Numbered from the stretch's first letter, positions 35,790-45,767 are shown. The stretch is 48,347 nt of DNA from a virus (IMGVR_UViG_3300027533_000036:1-48347); one strand, 5' to 3'. Numbers and translations: made by a program. The notes: generated from the letters alone by a model not told the origin.

Positions 35790-36383
35790 TTATGGTCCCC
35801 AAATGCCGCCTTTGCCAAATGCGCCGCCACTGCCAAATGGACCGCCCGCGCCGAGTGAACTCACCCCGAGCCCGAGTAGATTGCCGAACAATCCACCGAA
35901 ACCGCTGCCAGAATTAGCCGCGTCAGCTTGCTTCGCCTGCGCGATTCCTTGGGAAAGTTGCGCATTCATTCCCAGGTATTGTGGCTCTTGAGTCATCGGT
36001 AGTTGGCCTCTGAAATTCGCAGCACCCATCAACAAATTATCGGCCTTGTCCAACTGCTGACCCGCCAAACCTTCAAGATAGCGTCCACCGGCAATTTGCG
36101 CCGGCCCGCTTGATGGACTCCCCGTAGTAGCAAAGTTACTGCGCAGGTTATTCAAACCCTCTTTGGCATAGAGTTGGAACGTCGGCGAAGCCAGTGGGTT
36201 GTTAATTCGTTCGCTCAAGGCGGGAAAGAAAGATTGACCAAACTCACCACGGCTTTGCTCAAGTCCAAAGAAGGGTGTTGATCGTGAATTATACTGAGCA
36301 AGCGCATCCTCTATCTTTCCCCGTTGTCCCTCTAACTCAGCAGCGGCCTTTTTCTCACCGCCGCCTTGCTTACCAAAACACAT
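35790..36383 (-). CDS. DNA-ejection/pilot protein (P22 gp7-like)
   Basis: MCFG start, SPTFQL...NFATTG..SSG, Gly-rich C-terminus. Confidence 0.6.
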   Translation of the reverse strand: MCFGKQGGGEKKAAAELEGQRGKIEDALAQYNSRSTPFFGLEQSRGEFGQSFFPALSERINNPLASPTFQLYAKEGLNNLRSNFATTGSPSSGPAQIAGGRYLEGLAGQQLDKADNLLMGAANFRGQLPMTQEPQYLGMNAQLSQGIAQAKQADAANSGSGFGGLFGNLLGLGVSSLGAGGPFGSGGAFGKGGIWGP

Positions 36384-36384
36384 A

Positions 36385-36786
36385 TTAAACCCCTTCCTGT
36401 TCGACCGCCGCCTTAATCACGTAGCGGATGTGGCCGATCTCCGGCGCGGCTTCTTCAAACCCGAAGCGAGTATAGACTCGCGGGTGCCACGGGAGTTCAT
36501 TGAAATTATGCGTGTGTAAATCGATCTCGGCGAAATCAGCCATCTTGCACATCTCATCGCCAAGCCGGATCAACTGCTTGATGCCGTAGTCGTCGCACAG
36601 CCCTTGCAGCACGGCGCCATGAACGTCGTGCCAGATAACCCCGAGCGCATAGGGCGCAATCGTCATGGCCGAAACAATGCTGTCGTCGGTCATCATGCCT
36701 TTGACCCGACCCCATGCGTTATACTTCTCGGCGATCGGCTTCAGCCAAACCAAGTCGGACTTTTCCATCTTGCGAATCGCCATCAT
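36385..36786 (-). CDS. GNAT-like virion assembly protein (P22 gp14-like position)
   Basis: IRKMEKSDL start, YTRFGFEE motif. Confidence 0.5.
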   Translation of the reverse strand: MMAIRKMEKSDLVWLKPIAEKYNAWGRVKGMMTDDSIVSAMTIAPYALGVIWHDVHGAVLQGLCDDYGIKQLIRLGDEMCKMADFAEIDLHTHNFNELPWHPRVYTRFGFEEAAPEIGHIRYVIKAAVEQEGV

Positions 36787-37238
36787 GCCATCAGCCCTGC
36801 ATTGCGTAGCGCCGAGATGATGTTATTCACAGCGTTGCCCACAGACTGTAGCCCGGTGGCGATGGTGTTCACGTCGCCCTTGATTTCATTGATGAGCGTC
36901 TGCTCTGCCACGGTGTAAGTCGCCCCGGCATTAGCCGAGGTGACGCTGACGCTGCTAAATACTCCCGCTGCTACTGCCGCCGCTTGAGTCAAATCCGCAT
37001 GGGCATCGCTACCGTGATGCTGGTAGGGCAAGACGTTAGTAAATAGCGAGTGATCTAGCGTATCGGTCAAGTCGCCGATGATATTGGTTCCGTCCAATAT
37101 CCCTTGGGATTGGTTGGGCACACCGAACAATACGCGGTGAACCATCACATGATACTGATAGGCGTTATCGCCGAGGGCTGCGCGGATCTCCTCGGGCGGA
37201 TTGTCAAAGCCTTGTGTGCCTATGATTGGTCCTGGCAT
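36783..37238 (-). CDS. Tail needle/head fibre-like coiled-coil protein
   Basis: C-terminal VNNIISALRNAGLMA trimerisation motif. Confidence 0.55.
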   Translation of the reverse strand: MPGPIIGTQGFDNPPEEIRAALGDNAYQYHVMVHRVLFGVPNQSQGILDGTNIIGDLTDTLDHSLFTNVLPYQHHGSDAHADLTQAAAVAAGVFSSVSVTSANAGATYTVAEQTLINEIKGDVNTIATGLQSVGNAVNNIISALRNAGLMA

Positions 37239-38185
37239 TACTCGCTTAACCTTTCGGTGCTCTTGATATACTTCGGGTCGAACACCACGAAGTTGCTTGT
37301 GCCGGCGCCTTTTCCACGGGAGAGTTGGTCCAGATACTTAATGCCGGGAATGCCCATTTCGGCCAGCGCCTTACTCGCCGCCTGCGGACTCGCGCGATGT
37401 TGGGAATAAAGTCGATATAACTCGCCGCCCGTCATCACTGTGCCATCAGTCATAATGTCGCGCTTGGCAAAGTTAGACTCGGGGAAGGATTTTTTTGCTT
37501 GAGCGAGAACTGCGGGGATGATTGCTTTTACTTCCGGCGACTGCTCACTCAACGGCTTATCCCAATCGAGCATCTTGCCAATGTGTTCATCGGGTATGTC
37601 TGCTTTGTAAATAAACGACCGCTCGCTTCCTTGCGGCACGCCCGCTTGAAAGTATTTTTGAATAGCAGCGGCTTTTCTCGGTTCATCCTGTGCAAATGCG
37701 CCCAATGCTTTTTGTGTTACCTGCGGGTTGCCCGAGATTGCCCGCTTTAGTAGTGGATCGAGCATTTCGTTTTCCGCATCGCTCAAGCCAGGGAGAACAA
37801 ATCTCTTCAACTGAGTCTGATATTGTTTCGCTGTTTCTTTTGCTTCAGCAAAGTACAGCCCATGACCAAAAGCCGCCGCACCCTCGCCCGTGCCAATCTT
37901 GCTCATATCGAAGTTGCTAAATTTGTGGGGTGAACCATGAAAAGCAATGCCCGCCAAGGTCGCACCAGGGATTGCGCCCATCGCTTGCCCACCCGCTTCC
38001 ATTTCGCCAATCGGCATTTTCTCCATGATGCTTTTTAGTGTTGTCGGCTGATTGGCATTCTGCACCCGGCCCGCATATGTATAGGGCCGCGCATTCTCCA
38101 AACTGCCGGTTGCGCCGGGAGTAATCAGGTCGGGCCGCGGCTTCGCTTGGCCGCTTAGTTGGGCGATGATGTCTTGTAGCGTCAT
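37238..38185 (-). CDS. ADP-ribosyltransferase-like domain protein (polyvalent-protein type), probably virion-packaged
   Basis: FHGSPHKF..FD..KIGTGEG...GHGLYFAE, YKADI, GIPGIKY, NFVVFD. Confidence 0.7.
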   Translation of the reverse strand: MTLQDIIAQLSGQAKPRPDLITPGATGSLENARPYTYAGRVQNANQPTTLKSIMEKMPIGEMEAGGQAMGAIPGATLAGIAFHGSPHKFSNFDMSKIGTGEGAAAFGHGLYFAEAKETAKQYQTQLKRFVLPGLSDAENEMLDPLLKRAISGNPQVTQKALGAFAQDEPRKAAAIQKYFQAGVPQGSERSFIYKADIPDEHIGKMLDWDKPLSEQSPEVKAIIPAVLAQAKKSFPESNFAKRDIMTDGTVMTGGELYRLYSQHRASPQAASKALAEMGIPGIKYLDQLSRGKGAGTSNFVVFDPKYIKSTERLSE

Positions 38186-39477
38186 CCTAAATTCTCACCC
38201 GTAATCCAGCAGTCGGTCACGAGATAGTAAACCGGATCGGTGACGACGATCTCCAAACTCATTTCCGTACCGATACCGAGGTTATGCACATCCACGTTGG
38301 GCGGATACTCACCGCGAAGGCCAAGGCTTCGATGCTCGTAAAAATCCCAATCGCCGTGGTCCATTTTCCAGCGGAGAAACAACTGCGGGTCTTCCAAGCC
38401 TTCGCGTCCTTGGCCGCGCTGCACCCGCAGGCGCAACTGGTTGACCCTGGTGAACGTGCCGTTGGGCGATAGCTGAAACTGGAACAGCCGGTACACCCGA
38501 ATCTCATCGCCATTGTCGGTCAAGTGTTCTTTGTCCCAATGAAAGATTTTCCCGGTGCGCTTGTAGTCGCCTATATACTGCTCGCCTTCCCAGACCATGT
38601 GGGAGTTCATCGGCAAGACTTTCCATTCGCCTTCCTGCCACAGGTTATCTTCTGACCACACCTCGTGCTTGTAATCGTAGTTGAACACCCGGTTATTCTC
38701 GATCGAGATCCAGCGAATGACGGCTTCAGGATAGAAATCAAAGCCGTGGATTTTCTCTTTGGATTTCAGCGGGTCGAGTTCGCGCCAGTAAGGCGTCGAG
38801 ATAATGCGCGGCTGCAATCCCTCGAGGCGGTAAAATTGCCCATCATCGCCAAACCAATAGAGTGTGTCGTTGGCCTGGACTATCGAGTATGGAGCGCCGC
38901 AACCCTTTTCAATGAAGTTCCGCCGTGCGAACACCAACTCACCGCCGATGTTCACCCATACTTCAATCGAATGCGTTTTGAAAAAGTAAATCTCCCGGCG
39001 AAAGACGATCATGTTCTCGATCTTCTCGTCGCCTTTTTTCTTCTGCACGCGATTGACGTTGGTTAGTTCGCCGCCGAGTAGCGGGTAAACTTCGGGCTCC
39101 TCTAAATCGCTCCAAGTAAAGTCGAGGTCGTTGTAGCCGGCGATGAGTAAATGATAGTCGAGTTCCTGCACGAACTTACCTTGGGGCGGGTTGCCGCCAA
39201 GGACTGAAGCCGTGAGCGTGCCGCTGGCATCGCTGCTGATTTTTATCAGTTCCCTGCCAGCGGCCAGGATCAGATACTTGGGCTCAAATGGCGTGGCTTG
39301 AAAGACGGTGAACGTCGGACGGTTGCCACCCTTGAGCAGCACACCGGGCGAGATTTGAGTGGCAATCAATTCGTCGTCGTTGCCGTCAACTCGTTCGAGC
39401 TCGAACATGCGCCCCGCTGTATCGACGGCAATGGGCCAGGGTTCGCTCACTAATAGATTAACTGCTTCGTTCGCCAT
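38182..39477 (-). CDS. Tail nozzle / packaged DNA stabilisation protein (P22 gp10-like)
   Basis: FTWSDLEEP, SIEVW, IEKGCGAPYSI, ISTP, YDY...WSE, IGDY.TGKI, SLGLRGEY, NLG, VTDPV. Confidence 0.8.
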   Translation of the reverse strand: MANEAVNLLVSEPWPIAVDTAGRMFELERVDGNDDELIATQISPGVLLKGGNRPTFTVFQATPFEPKYLILAAGRELIKISSDASGTLTASVLGGNPPQGKFVQELDYHLLIAGYNDLDFTWSDLEEPEVYPLLGGELTNVNRVQKKKGDEKIENMIVFRREIYFFKTHSIEVWVNIGGELVFARRNFIEKGCGAPYSIVQANDTLYWFGDDGQFYRLEGLQPRIISTPYWRELDPLKSKEKIHGFDFYPEAVIRWISIENNRVFNYDYKHEVWSEDNLWQEGEWKVLPMNSHMVWEGEQYIGDYKRTGKIFHWDKEHLTDNGDEIRVYRLFQFQLSPNGTFTRVNQLRLRVQRGQGREGLEDPQLFLRWKMDHGDWDFYEHRSLGLRGEYPPNVDVHNLGIGTEMSLEIVVTDPVYYLVTDCWITGENLG

Positions 39478-39582
39478 TGGCTTCAGGTGTCTTTTGATCG
39501 CAGGTCATACAGACCCGATAGATTTTGCCCTTTCACCTAACCCGCTTGAACTTCTCACCGCCGCAAATCTTGCAACGAATAT

Positions 39583-40572
39583 TCAAAATGCACACTCGAT
39601 CGGGCCTAGTTTGGTAATCGGATAGCCGCCCGAGCTGCTGTAGTAAATGTATCTGATGCCGGTCGATTGATCTTCATGGAGCTGCACGACGTAGGGCGCT
39701 GCTGCCGGGACAAACGTGGTTGTGCCCACTGCGGCGTCAACGGTTACTAACTCCATCATGTCGCGCACATAGTAGACGCCTAACGGGCCGCTCGTAAGAT
39801 AACTTAACAGCCAAATCCGCTCGTCGCTCTCGGCATACAATCCGATAAACCCAGTCACTGATGGGATGGTGGCAATGGTCATTACAAAACTACTGACTAA
39901 AACAAAATCGGGATCGTATTTGAGAATCGTATAGGTGCCGACGCCTGAATTGGAAACCAGGACATAGAGAAACGTACCCGTAAAATGCAGCGATGCCATT
40001 CCGGTCTGGTCGGCGATTTGTGCAAAGTCGATAAATAAACCAGTCTCGCCAGGATCGGCGGTATAATGGACAAGCACCAAATCGCTGCCAACGGCCAAAT
40101 CTTCGCTACCAATAAAAACGTTATTGCCGACGACACTCCAATTTCTAATAGCTGTGCCGTCGAAGCCGTGCCCGACAAGGACCATCGTCATCTGCGAATC
40201 GTCGTGCGGGGAAAAGAGATAAAAGCTGCCGCCGCTGGACCAGCCGAACAAAGTTGTGTCAGCAATGCCCGCAACCAAATTGCTGTTGGAGTCGATGTTA
40301 AGCGGGAAACTAGCCGCGGCAACAACGCCATTGGTCGAAACATAAAGCTGATGGTTGTTAGGGAACGGCGAGTTGGTCGCTGCCTCATAGATAATTTCGC
40401 CGCCAGCATTGTCTTGAATGAATGACCAGCTAGCCGAGGTAGCGTTCTCCATCGGAGGATCAGCAAACAGCGTGGCCACTAAATCCATGCCGTCCGGTGC
40501 GACCGGGATGCAATCCTCGCAACCGCTTGTGAACGTTGACCAACCAGAGGGAAGTTCGCCGATCTCAGCCAT
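39583..40572 (-). CDS. Tail-associated beta-rich (propeller-like) protein
   Basis: 329 aa acidic beta-rich ORF in tail module. Confidence 0.5.
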   Translation of the reverse strand: MAEIGELPSGWSTFTSGCEDCIPVAPDGMDLVATLFADPPMENATSASWSFIQDNAGGEIIYEAATNSPFPNNHQLYVSTNGVVAAASFPLNIDSNSNLVAGIADTTLFGWSSGGSFYLFSPHDDSQMTMVLVGHGFDGTAIRNWSVVGNNVFIGSEDLAVGSDLVLVHYTADPGETGLFIDFAQIADQTGMASLHFTGTFLYVLVSNSGVGTYTILKYDPDFVLVSSFVMTIATIPSVTGFIGLYAESDERIWLLSYLTSGPLGVYYVRDMMELVTVDAAVGTTTFVPAAAPYVVQLHEDQSTGIRYIYYSSSGGYPITKLGPIECAF

Positions 40573-41208
40573 TTAGTTCACTACGTAATAAATACTGAAC
40601 GTCGAGCCGTCGCCGATGCCCGTGGCATTGGCGCTGTGAAAATTAAAGTTGGTGATGTTCGTCGTCGTATCGGTCCAGGTGCCGTTACCGATAAAATTAT
40701 CATTGTCGCCGCTGCTGCCATGACTGCCGCCCATTATCGTGCATGTACGGATTCTTCCAGTCTCGGCCCAAAACTTGACGGTGAAGTGGGCATACTTGGC
40801 GGCATTGCCGTTAGCGATATTGGCGAGCTTCAAATTAGAACTGGTGCCAGGACCGATCAGATTGCAGGTTTGCGCGGTCGAAACGCCATTAGGCTGAAGC
40901 GTGAGATCGGCATCGACACTGTTGTTGCCGCTAATCACGTAGCCGTCGATCACATAGATTTTGTCAGTATTACCATCGATGTCCGTATCAAAATCCACGT
41001 CCTGCACGGCGCCGCCGCTGACTACCTTGGTTTGAATCAGGCGATACGAGCCCGAACCGGACGGCCCCCAATTCACCCAAGCCGCACCGTTCGACCGCTC
41101 GATAATGCTGCCCTCGTCCGTGACCTCATAAAACTTCTGATCGGCTGCCGCCGCTGCCGGCTGATTGGCCCTGGTGTCGGAGAGGAACATAGTTTCAAAT
41201 TCAGGCAT
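40573..41208 (-). CDS. Tail fibre-tip/receptor-binding-like protein
   Basis: C-terminal GTW....NITNFNF...GSTFSIY motif common to phage RBP domains. Confidence 0.55.
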   Translation of the reverse strand: MPEFETMFLSDTRANQPAAAAADQKFYEVTDEGSIIERSNGAAWVNWGPSGSGSYRLIQTKVVSGGAVQDVDFDTDIDGNTDKIYVIDGYVISGNNSVDADLTLQPNGVSTAQTCNLIGPGTSSNLKLANIANGNAAKYAHFTVKFWAETGRIRTCTIMGGSHGSSGDNDNFIGNGTWTDTTTNITNFNFHSANATGIGDGSTFSIYYVVN

Positions 41209-41218
41209 CGCAAACTCC

Positions 41219-41914
41219 TTAAAGCGTCGTCACGGTGATTTCTTGACCGTCTATGGTCAGAGCCAAGCCGTCTACCGTTATAAATTCCGTGGTCGAGGTC
41301 AATGAAAGATCCAGGGCAAAGAACGTTGCGCACGACGCGCTTTCAGAAATACTCGCATTGCCCACCGGACCTGCCACAACTTCACCGTTGACCAATGCGT
41401 AAAACTGGATAACGTCTGCAATGCGCGCGCCGGCTTGGATCTCCAATTCGTCACCGTTCGACAGCGTGTAGGCAACCGTTTCCAAGACGGTGCCGAGTTC
41501 CTGATTGCTCTCACCGTCGTACCACTGGATTTTGATAAGGTGCTGCACCGGGAAGTACGTCGCCGTAACCAGGAAAGCACGTTCTGGCGTCGATATGGCT
41601 CTGACACGAATCGCTGGACCGCCGATTGTTTCTGACCCGTCATAAGTAACCACCGCGAAATGGCCGACCGGGCAAACGCTTTCGCACTCGGTAACGACAG
41701 GCGGCGGCTCGACGACGGGCGGCACATCAATATCTTCGAGCGGCACGAGCGTAACCACTTCGAGAAAACCCGGCCTGCGCTCCCAATACTTCGCATCGGT
41801 GTAATGACCGTTGCGCAAATCCATGTGGGTGGGAATGCGGTTCTCAAGCGGGTTGAGTTCCTTGTAGGCTCGCGGGTCGAGTGTGACATTGATCTGCTGG
41901 CCCTTGATCGCCAT
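41219..41914 (-). CDS. Tail protein; N-terminus resembles the start of gp10-like nozzle proteins
   Basis: DLRNG...WERRPGF followed by a Pro linker and a beta-sandwich domain. Confidence 0.5.
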   Translation of the reverse strand: MAIKGQQINVTLDPRAYKELNPLENRIPTHMDLRNGHYTDAKYWERRPGFLEVVTLVPLEDIDVPPVVEPPPVVTECESVCPVGHFAVVTYDGSETIGGPAIRVRAISTPERAFLVTATYFPVQHLIKIQWYDGESNQELGTVLETVAYTLSNGDELEIQAGARIADVIQFYALVNGEVVAGPVGNASISESASCATFFALDLSLTSTTEFITVDGLALTIDGQEITVTTL

Positions 41915-43209
41915 TACGACCCGCCATTGGGTAAACTGTATCCCTGCATAAAAATATCGACGATGACATTCTCGTCGGCGCCGGTATAGAACATCCGCTG
42001 ACCGACGTTGGGCATCTCGAACACGTCACTGTAATTGGTGCTTTGATCGCCATGCGGTGAATAGATGGTGTGGAAAATCGACCCGGCAATGAAGCCAATA
42101 TCGACCGACAGGTTGCCGTCGTCGTCCTTTTTGTTCAGTACGGATACTTGGAAGTATCCCGCGTTGGGCGGGATGAAACTCTGCAAGTTGACTTCGGACT
42201 CCGTGGTAGCGACGCCATCGGTCAACGCTTGCTGATGGGTTTCGTAAAGCGCCTTGTTGCCCATGATGCGGGTGCGGGTGAGCTGCGACGAACTGTTGAG
42301 TCTCACCGCGCCGGCATAACTCCAATAGACATAGTTGGTCGGCAAGGTCGGCCCGGTCGGCGGTGCGGTCGCGCTGGATAGGGATGCCAGGTTCTCGGGG
42401 CGAGCTGTATCCTCATCGCCGGGATCGAATATCCAGTAGAAGTGGACCCAACTCGAAGCGGAGAAAGCTGCCGCAGCGTCGCGGCCATTGGCCGTGGACC
42501 CTGCTGTCGTGATGTCGTTGGTCAGATTCGACGGCGCATATCTAACCGCTGACCCGCTGGTGGTATGACGTAGCATGACCACATCGGCGGATAGGGTGAA
42601 TTGGTTTTGCGATGAGGCGACGAAAGACTTTTGACCAATGGAGCCGTAAGGCTGTGCCTGCAAGCCGCCCGCTGCGATCGCAATCGTGCCATTGCCGTTG
42701 GTGACGGTAATGCCGGTGCCCGCGGTAATGTTGCCAACCGTGTAACCGCCTGCCGTATTGCCGATTAAAAGCGTTCCGTCCGAGGGGGTGTCGTCGGTGC
42801 CGGTGCCGCAATTAGCAATCGGCAAACAGCCGCGCACGGTAGCGAGGTCTATAAAGTCGCATTCAAACTGATCGCCGGGGCCGACGTAGACGGGCACCAT
42901 GCCGACTTCGCAATCGCCCGCCTCGATGCCGACGCTGCCCACCGAGATGTTGACGTTATCCCAATCGTAGAGCAGGGCACCGTTCTTATCGAGTATCCGC
43001 AGGCGATAAAGGCCGTCGCCGTAGAACCAGACAAACCCGTGGGAGTCGCCGGCTCTAGGCTGCTCGGCGACGGTCGTCTTGGCGCGATCCGTCCAAACAT
43101 CCTTAACCGAGGTTGTGCCAGCTTCGTAATGATACACCAGCACGCCATCGAACGGATTGTTGGAATCGTCGTTAAACTGTTCTTCCCAGAATTGCGCTGT
43201 TGCTGCCAT
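41914..43209 (-). CDS. Tailspike/tail fibre with N-terminal virion-attachment domain
   Basis: YEAGTT...D......P..DSHG....GLYRLRILDKNG..YDWDNV; GTG...GTLLIGN...TAGTGITVTNGNG; PTLPTNY. Confidence 0.75.
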   Translation of the reverse strand: MAATAQFWEEQFNDDSNNPFDGVLVYHYEAGTTSVKDVWTDRAKTTVAEQPRAGDSHGFVWFYGDGLYRLRILDKNGALLYDWDNVNISVGSVGIEAGDCEVGMVPVYVGPGDQFECDFIDLATVRGCLPIANCGTGTDDTPSDGTLLIGNTAGGYTVGNITAGTGITVTNGNGTIAIAAGGLQAQPYGSIGQKSFVASSQNQFTLSADVVMLRHTTSGSAVRYAPSNLTNDITTAGSTANGRDAAAAFSASSWVHFYWIFDPGDEDTARPENLASLSSATAPPTGPTLPTNYVYWSYAGAVRLNSSSQLTRTRIMGNKALYETHQQALTDGVATTESEVNLQSFIPPNAGYFQVSVLNKKDDDGNLSVDIGFIAGSIFHTIYSPHGDQSTNYSDVFEMPNVGQRMFYTGADENVIVDIFMQGYSLPNGGS

Positions 43210-43583
43210 TAGCAGGGCCTCGTTTTCATGCCGAACTTGGGATTCATAAAGACTTTGAACATCTTCATCTTTGGCTTATCGAGCATCCCGCCCGCTATGC
43301 CAAATAAAAACGGCGGGGTGGCATTAGTGCCGACAGGCCCCGGTCCAGGTCCCATGACTTGGCTGCGATCGACCGGCAAGAGCGCACGAGCGAAAGATAG
43401 CCGTCTAAGTCTCGCATGGTCGGCAGTCGGCGGCCGCTTGAAGATATTGGAAAACAGGCCGACGCCAGGGGCCCTTTGCGCACCGCCTGGACCGGGCGGC
43501 GGGAGACTGCCGACCAATCTGCCGCCTGTCGTTCGCGCCATTCTAACGCCGTGCATGCGCGGCCGGCTGACAAACCCTGGCAT
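43209..43583 (-). CDS. Basic Pro/Gly-rich hypothetical protein
   Basis: TAATG-coupled on both sides. Confidence 0.45.
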   Translation of the reverse strand: MPGFVSRPRMHGVRMARTTGGRLVGSLPPPGPGGAQRAPGVGLFSNIFKRPPTADHARLRRLSFARALLPVDRSQVMGPGPGPVGTNATPPFLFGIAGGMLDKPKMKMFKVFMNPKFGMKTRPC

Positions 43584-43852
43584 TAGCCAACTCCGATCTG
43601 GCGCAACATGCGGTCGCGGGATTCTTGTTTCTCAATCCACTTCATAAACGGGATGCAGGGCTTATCCATGCACAGTGGGCAAATTCGTTTCATGCACTTA
43701 CGGCACATTTCGCCAAGATACGGCTTCATGTCAGGTGACGATGCGCGAGTCACCATCAACCGCTGGCAATGGGCACAGAGCAGCGTTTCCGCTTCCTTGC
43801 GCTTGCCAGGACCAAATACATTGATCTGACCCGCCTCGCGTGGCGTAAGCAT
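43583..43852 (-). CDS. Zinc-finger protein
   Basis: CAHC, CRKC, CPLC, C.PF motifs. Confidence 0.6.
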   Translation of the reverse strand: MLTPREAGQINVFGPGKRKEAETLLCAHCQRLMVTRASSPDMKPYLGEMCRKCMKRICPLCMDKPCIPFMKWIEKQESRDRMLRQIGVG

Positions 43853-43858
43853 TTTACG

Positions 43859-44311
43859 TCATTCTGCGTGCATGAAGGTCGCCCGACAGTTCGCCGTGCC
43901 GCCCGATATGGTGCGAAAGTACAGCCCCAATCCATTGGCGGCGGTAGCCGGCGCGACAAAGCCATATTCAGGATCGGTCTGCCAAACAAACGTGCCTTGC
44001 TGATTGATCGGGAAGGCAAGCATAATCAGACCGGACGTATAGGTCGGCTCAGCCGTATGGTTCGACCCTGCCGCCGACAACGCTGCCGGATTGGCCGGAT
44101 CTTGCGGAGTCGGCGTTACCGATGTTGCCGTGCCCGCCGCGGTGTACCGCTGGACCACCATGTCAAACGCCTGATCTGCCGGCGTGGCATCGCTGCCAAA
44201 CGTGATGTGGAACAGGTGCGGCCTGATCGTCGCGGCGCTAGTCAATCCAAGAATCGACATTGTGCCCGTAGCGTTCTGGTCGCCGTTTTCTGAATATCGT
44301 TTCAAACCCAT
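43859..44311 (-). CDS. Virion structural protein (beta-sandwich)
   Basis: Ala/Thr-rich 150 aa in late operon. Confidence 0.55.
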   Translation of the reverse strand: MGLKRYSENGDQNATGTMSILGLTSAATIRPHLFHITFGSDATPADQAFDMVVQRYTAAGTATSVTPTPQDPANPAALSAAGSNHTAEPTYTSGLIMLAFPINQQGTFVWQTDPEYGFVAPATAANGLGLYFRTISGGTANCRATFMHAE

Positions 44312-44324
44312 TTGAACCCCCTTG

Positions 44325-45200
44325 CTAAAAATATAAATGCTTATGGTAGTGAGAATTTTCTGCTGGTTGCTTGGAAGGAAAAATATCCATGTCTGCTTCT
44401 AGGTATTCCATCTTGATCGTGCGCCGTTCTTCCTCGGTAATGTGATAGTCGCCCGACAGGTCGTAAGCCGTGCGGAGCCACAAATAGCGAGTCCATTGCG
44501 GCGGGAAATCGGGGTTGTCGCTGGCGTTGTCGAAGTCGTAGAGCGGGCGTTTGAACATGTAGCGGATGTTTTCGCCTGAGGTATATTCGCTCTCATCAAC
44601 CCATGTGGTGCCGGCGGTGCCGTAGGGTTCCCAGAAGATTTTCCATGACCGCCCGCTAATGGGCCGAGTCTCCGCTGCTGCCGTGTGCGGCATGACACAG
44701 CGGTAATTCAGGCCATCTGATCCAACCACTTCGCTAACATCATCCGAGATCTCCGACGGGCTAGGCCAGATGTAGAGCAACTGACACTGCAAATCCTTGT
44801 CCTGCTTCAAGTAGGCTTTTTGCGGGGTGCCGACTTGATCCTTATCGAGCAGCGACTCATAGCCATTGGAAGTGAGTAGTTCGATCTCTGTTTCGTTGCC
44901 CGAGGTGTCGCGGTAAAACGCCGACTGCAAATCCTGAAGGTTGGTCGCCAAACCGTCGTCTTGGCCATAGATGATGCCGCCCGCTTTCATAAAGAGGTGC
45001 CGCTCATCCAACGCCCAAAGGTGCTTGGAGTTCTGCGTACCCTTGGCGTCCACCTCGCGGAGAATCAGATTTAGAATCTTGATGCCGTCCTGAAGCTGTG
45101 CCGCGCTCATAATCTGCGTGCCGGGCCGGATGACGCCAACCCGCTTGTATGCGCGGACTAGGATTTCGTTACGCTTGAGGTTGAAGTTGGAGTCTGCCAT
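44325..45200 (-). CDS. Head-to-tail adaptor with inserted carbohydrate-binding-like module
   Basis: EILVRAYKRVG...DGIKILN, G.P..Y, LYIWP.P, DFP..W...L...AY; insert YRC..PHT...P......W..FWE. Confidence 0.7.
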   Translation of the reverse strand: MADSNFNLKRNEILVRAYKRVGVIRPGTQIMSAAQLQDGIKILNLILREVDAKGTQNSKHLWALDERHLFMKAGGIIYGQDDGLATNLQDLQSAFYRDTSGNETEIELLTSNGYESLLDKDQVGTPQKAYLKQDKDLQCQLLYIWPSPSEISDDVSEVVGSDGLNYRCVMPHTAAAETRPISGRSWKIFWEPYGTAGTTWVDESEYTSGENIRYMFKRPLYDFDNASDNPDFPPQWTRYLWLRTAYDLSGDYHITEEERRTIKMEYLEADMDIFPSKQPAENSHYHKHLYF

Positions 45201-45309
45201 TTATCGCCCTGTTCTTCCCTTAACTTCTCATTCGCCTTGGCGCGTTCCTCAATTACCCAACGGTCCTCTCGTTTTTCGGTCGCTTCGATAATCAAATCAG
45301 TCAAAGACT

Positions 45310-45765
45310 TCATGCGAATCTCGCCCGCCCCGCTTCGATCGCTGCGTCAATGTCGGCTAGACTTTTTACCTTGGCCGCAATCTGTACATCTAAGCGGGAA
45401 AGTATTTCCTGCTTGTCCTTGAGCAGCGCCGCCCGCTCGCTGGCAATCGACTCGCGCATGGTGTCGCGCGCAACATTGGCGTCGTTTTGGGTCGCCTTCA
45501 AAAGCGTTTGGGCAGTTTTGATCTGATTGTCCAACTCGGCGAGCTTGGCATCGGTGTCAAACTTGGCCTTGGCGAGCTTGTCAATTGCTGCGTTGGACTC
45601 GGCAATCAGTTTTTTTTGCGTGTCGGCGATTGCGGCTTCCAGCGCATCCTTGCGCGCCTGCTGCGCGGCAAAGTCGCTTTCTTTCACGCCCTCGGTAGCG
45701 GCAACCAGCGTTGCGAGAGTCGCGTTTAAGTCTCTGGCGTTTTGCTTGGCTTCATTGAGATTCAT
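45310..45765 (-). CDS. Coiled-coil protein
   Basis: Ala/Lys/Leu heptads throughout. Confidence 0.55.
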   Translation of the reverse strand: MNLNEAKQNARDLNATLATLVAATEGVKESDFAAQQARKDALEAAIADTQKKLIAESNAAIDKLAKAKFDTDAKLAELDNQIKTAQTLLKATQNDANVARDTMRESIASERAALLKDKQEILSRLDVQIAAKVKSLADIDAAIEAGRARFA

Positions 45766-45767
45766 TT

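Noticed and set aside
29534-43209. Diversity-generating retroelement acting on tail fibres
   Set aside because: No reverse transcriptase ORF and no TR/VR repeat pair noticed
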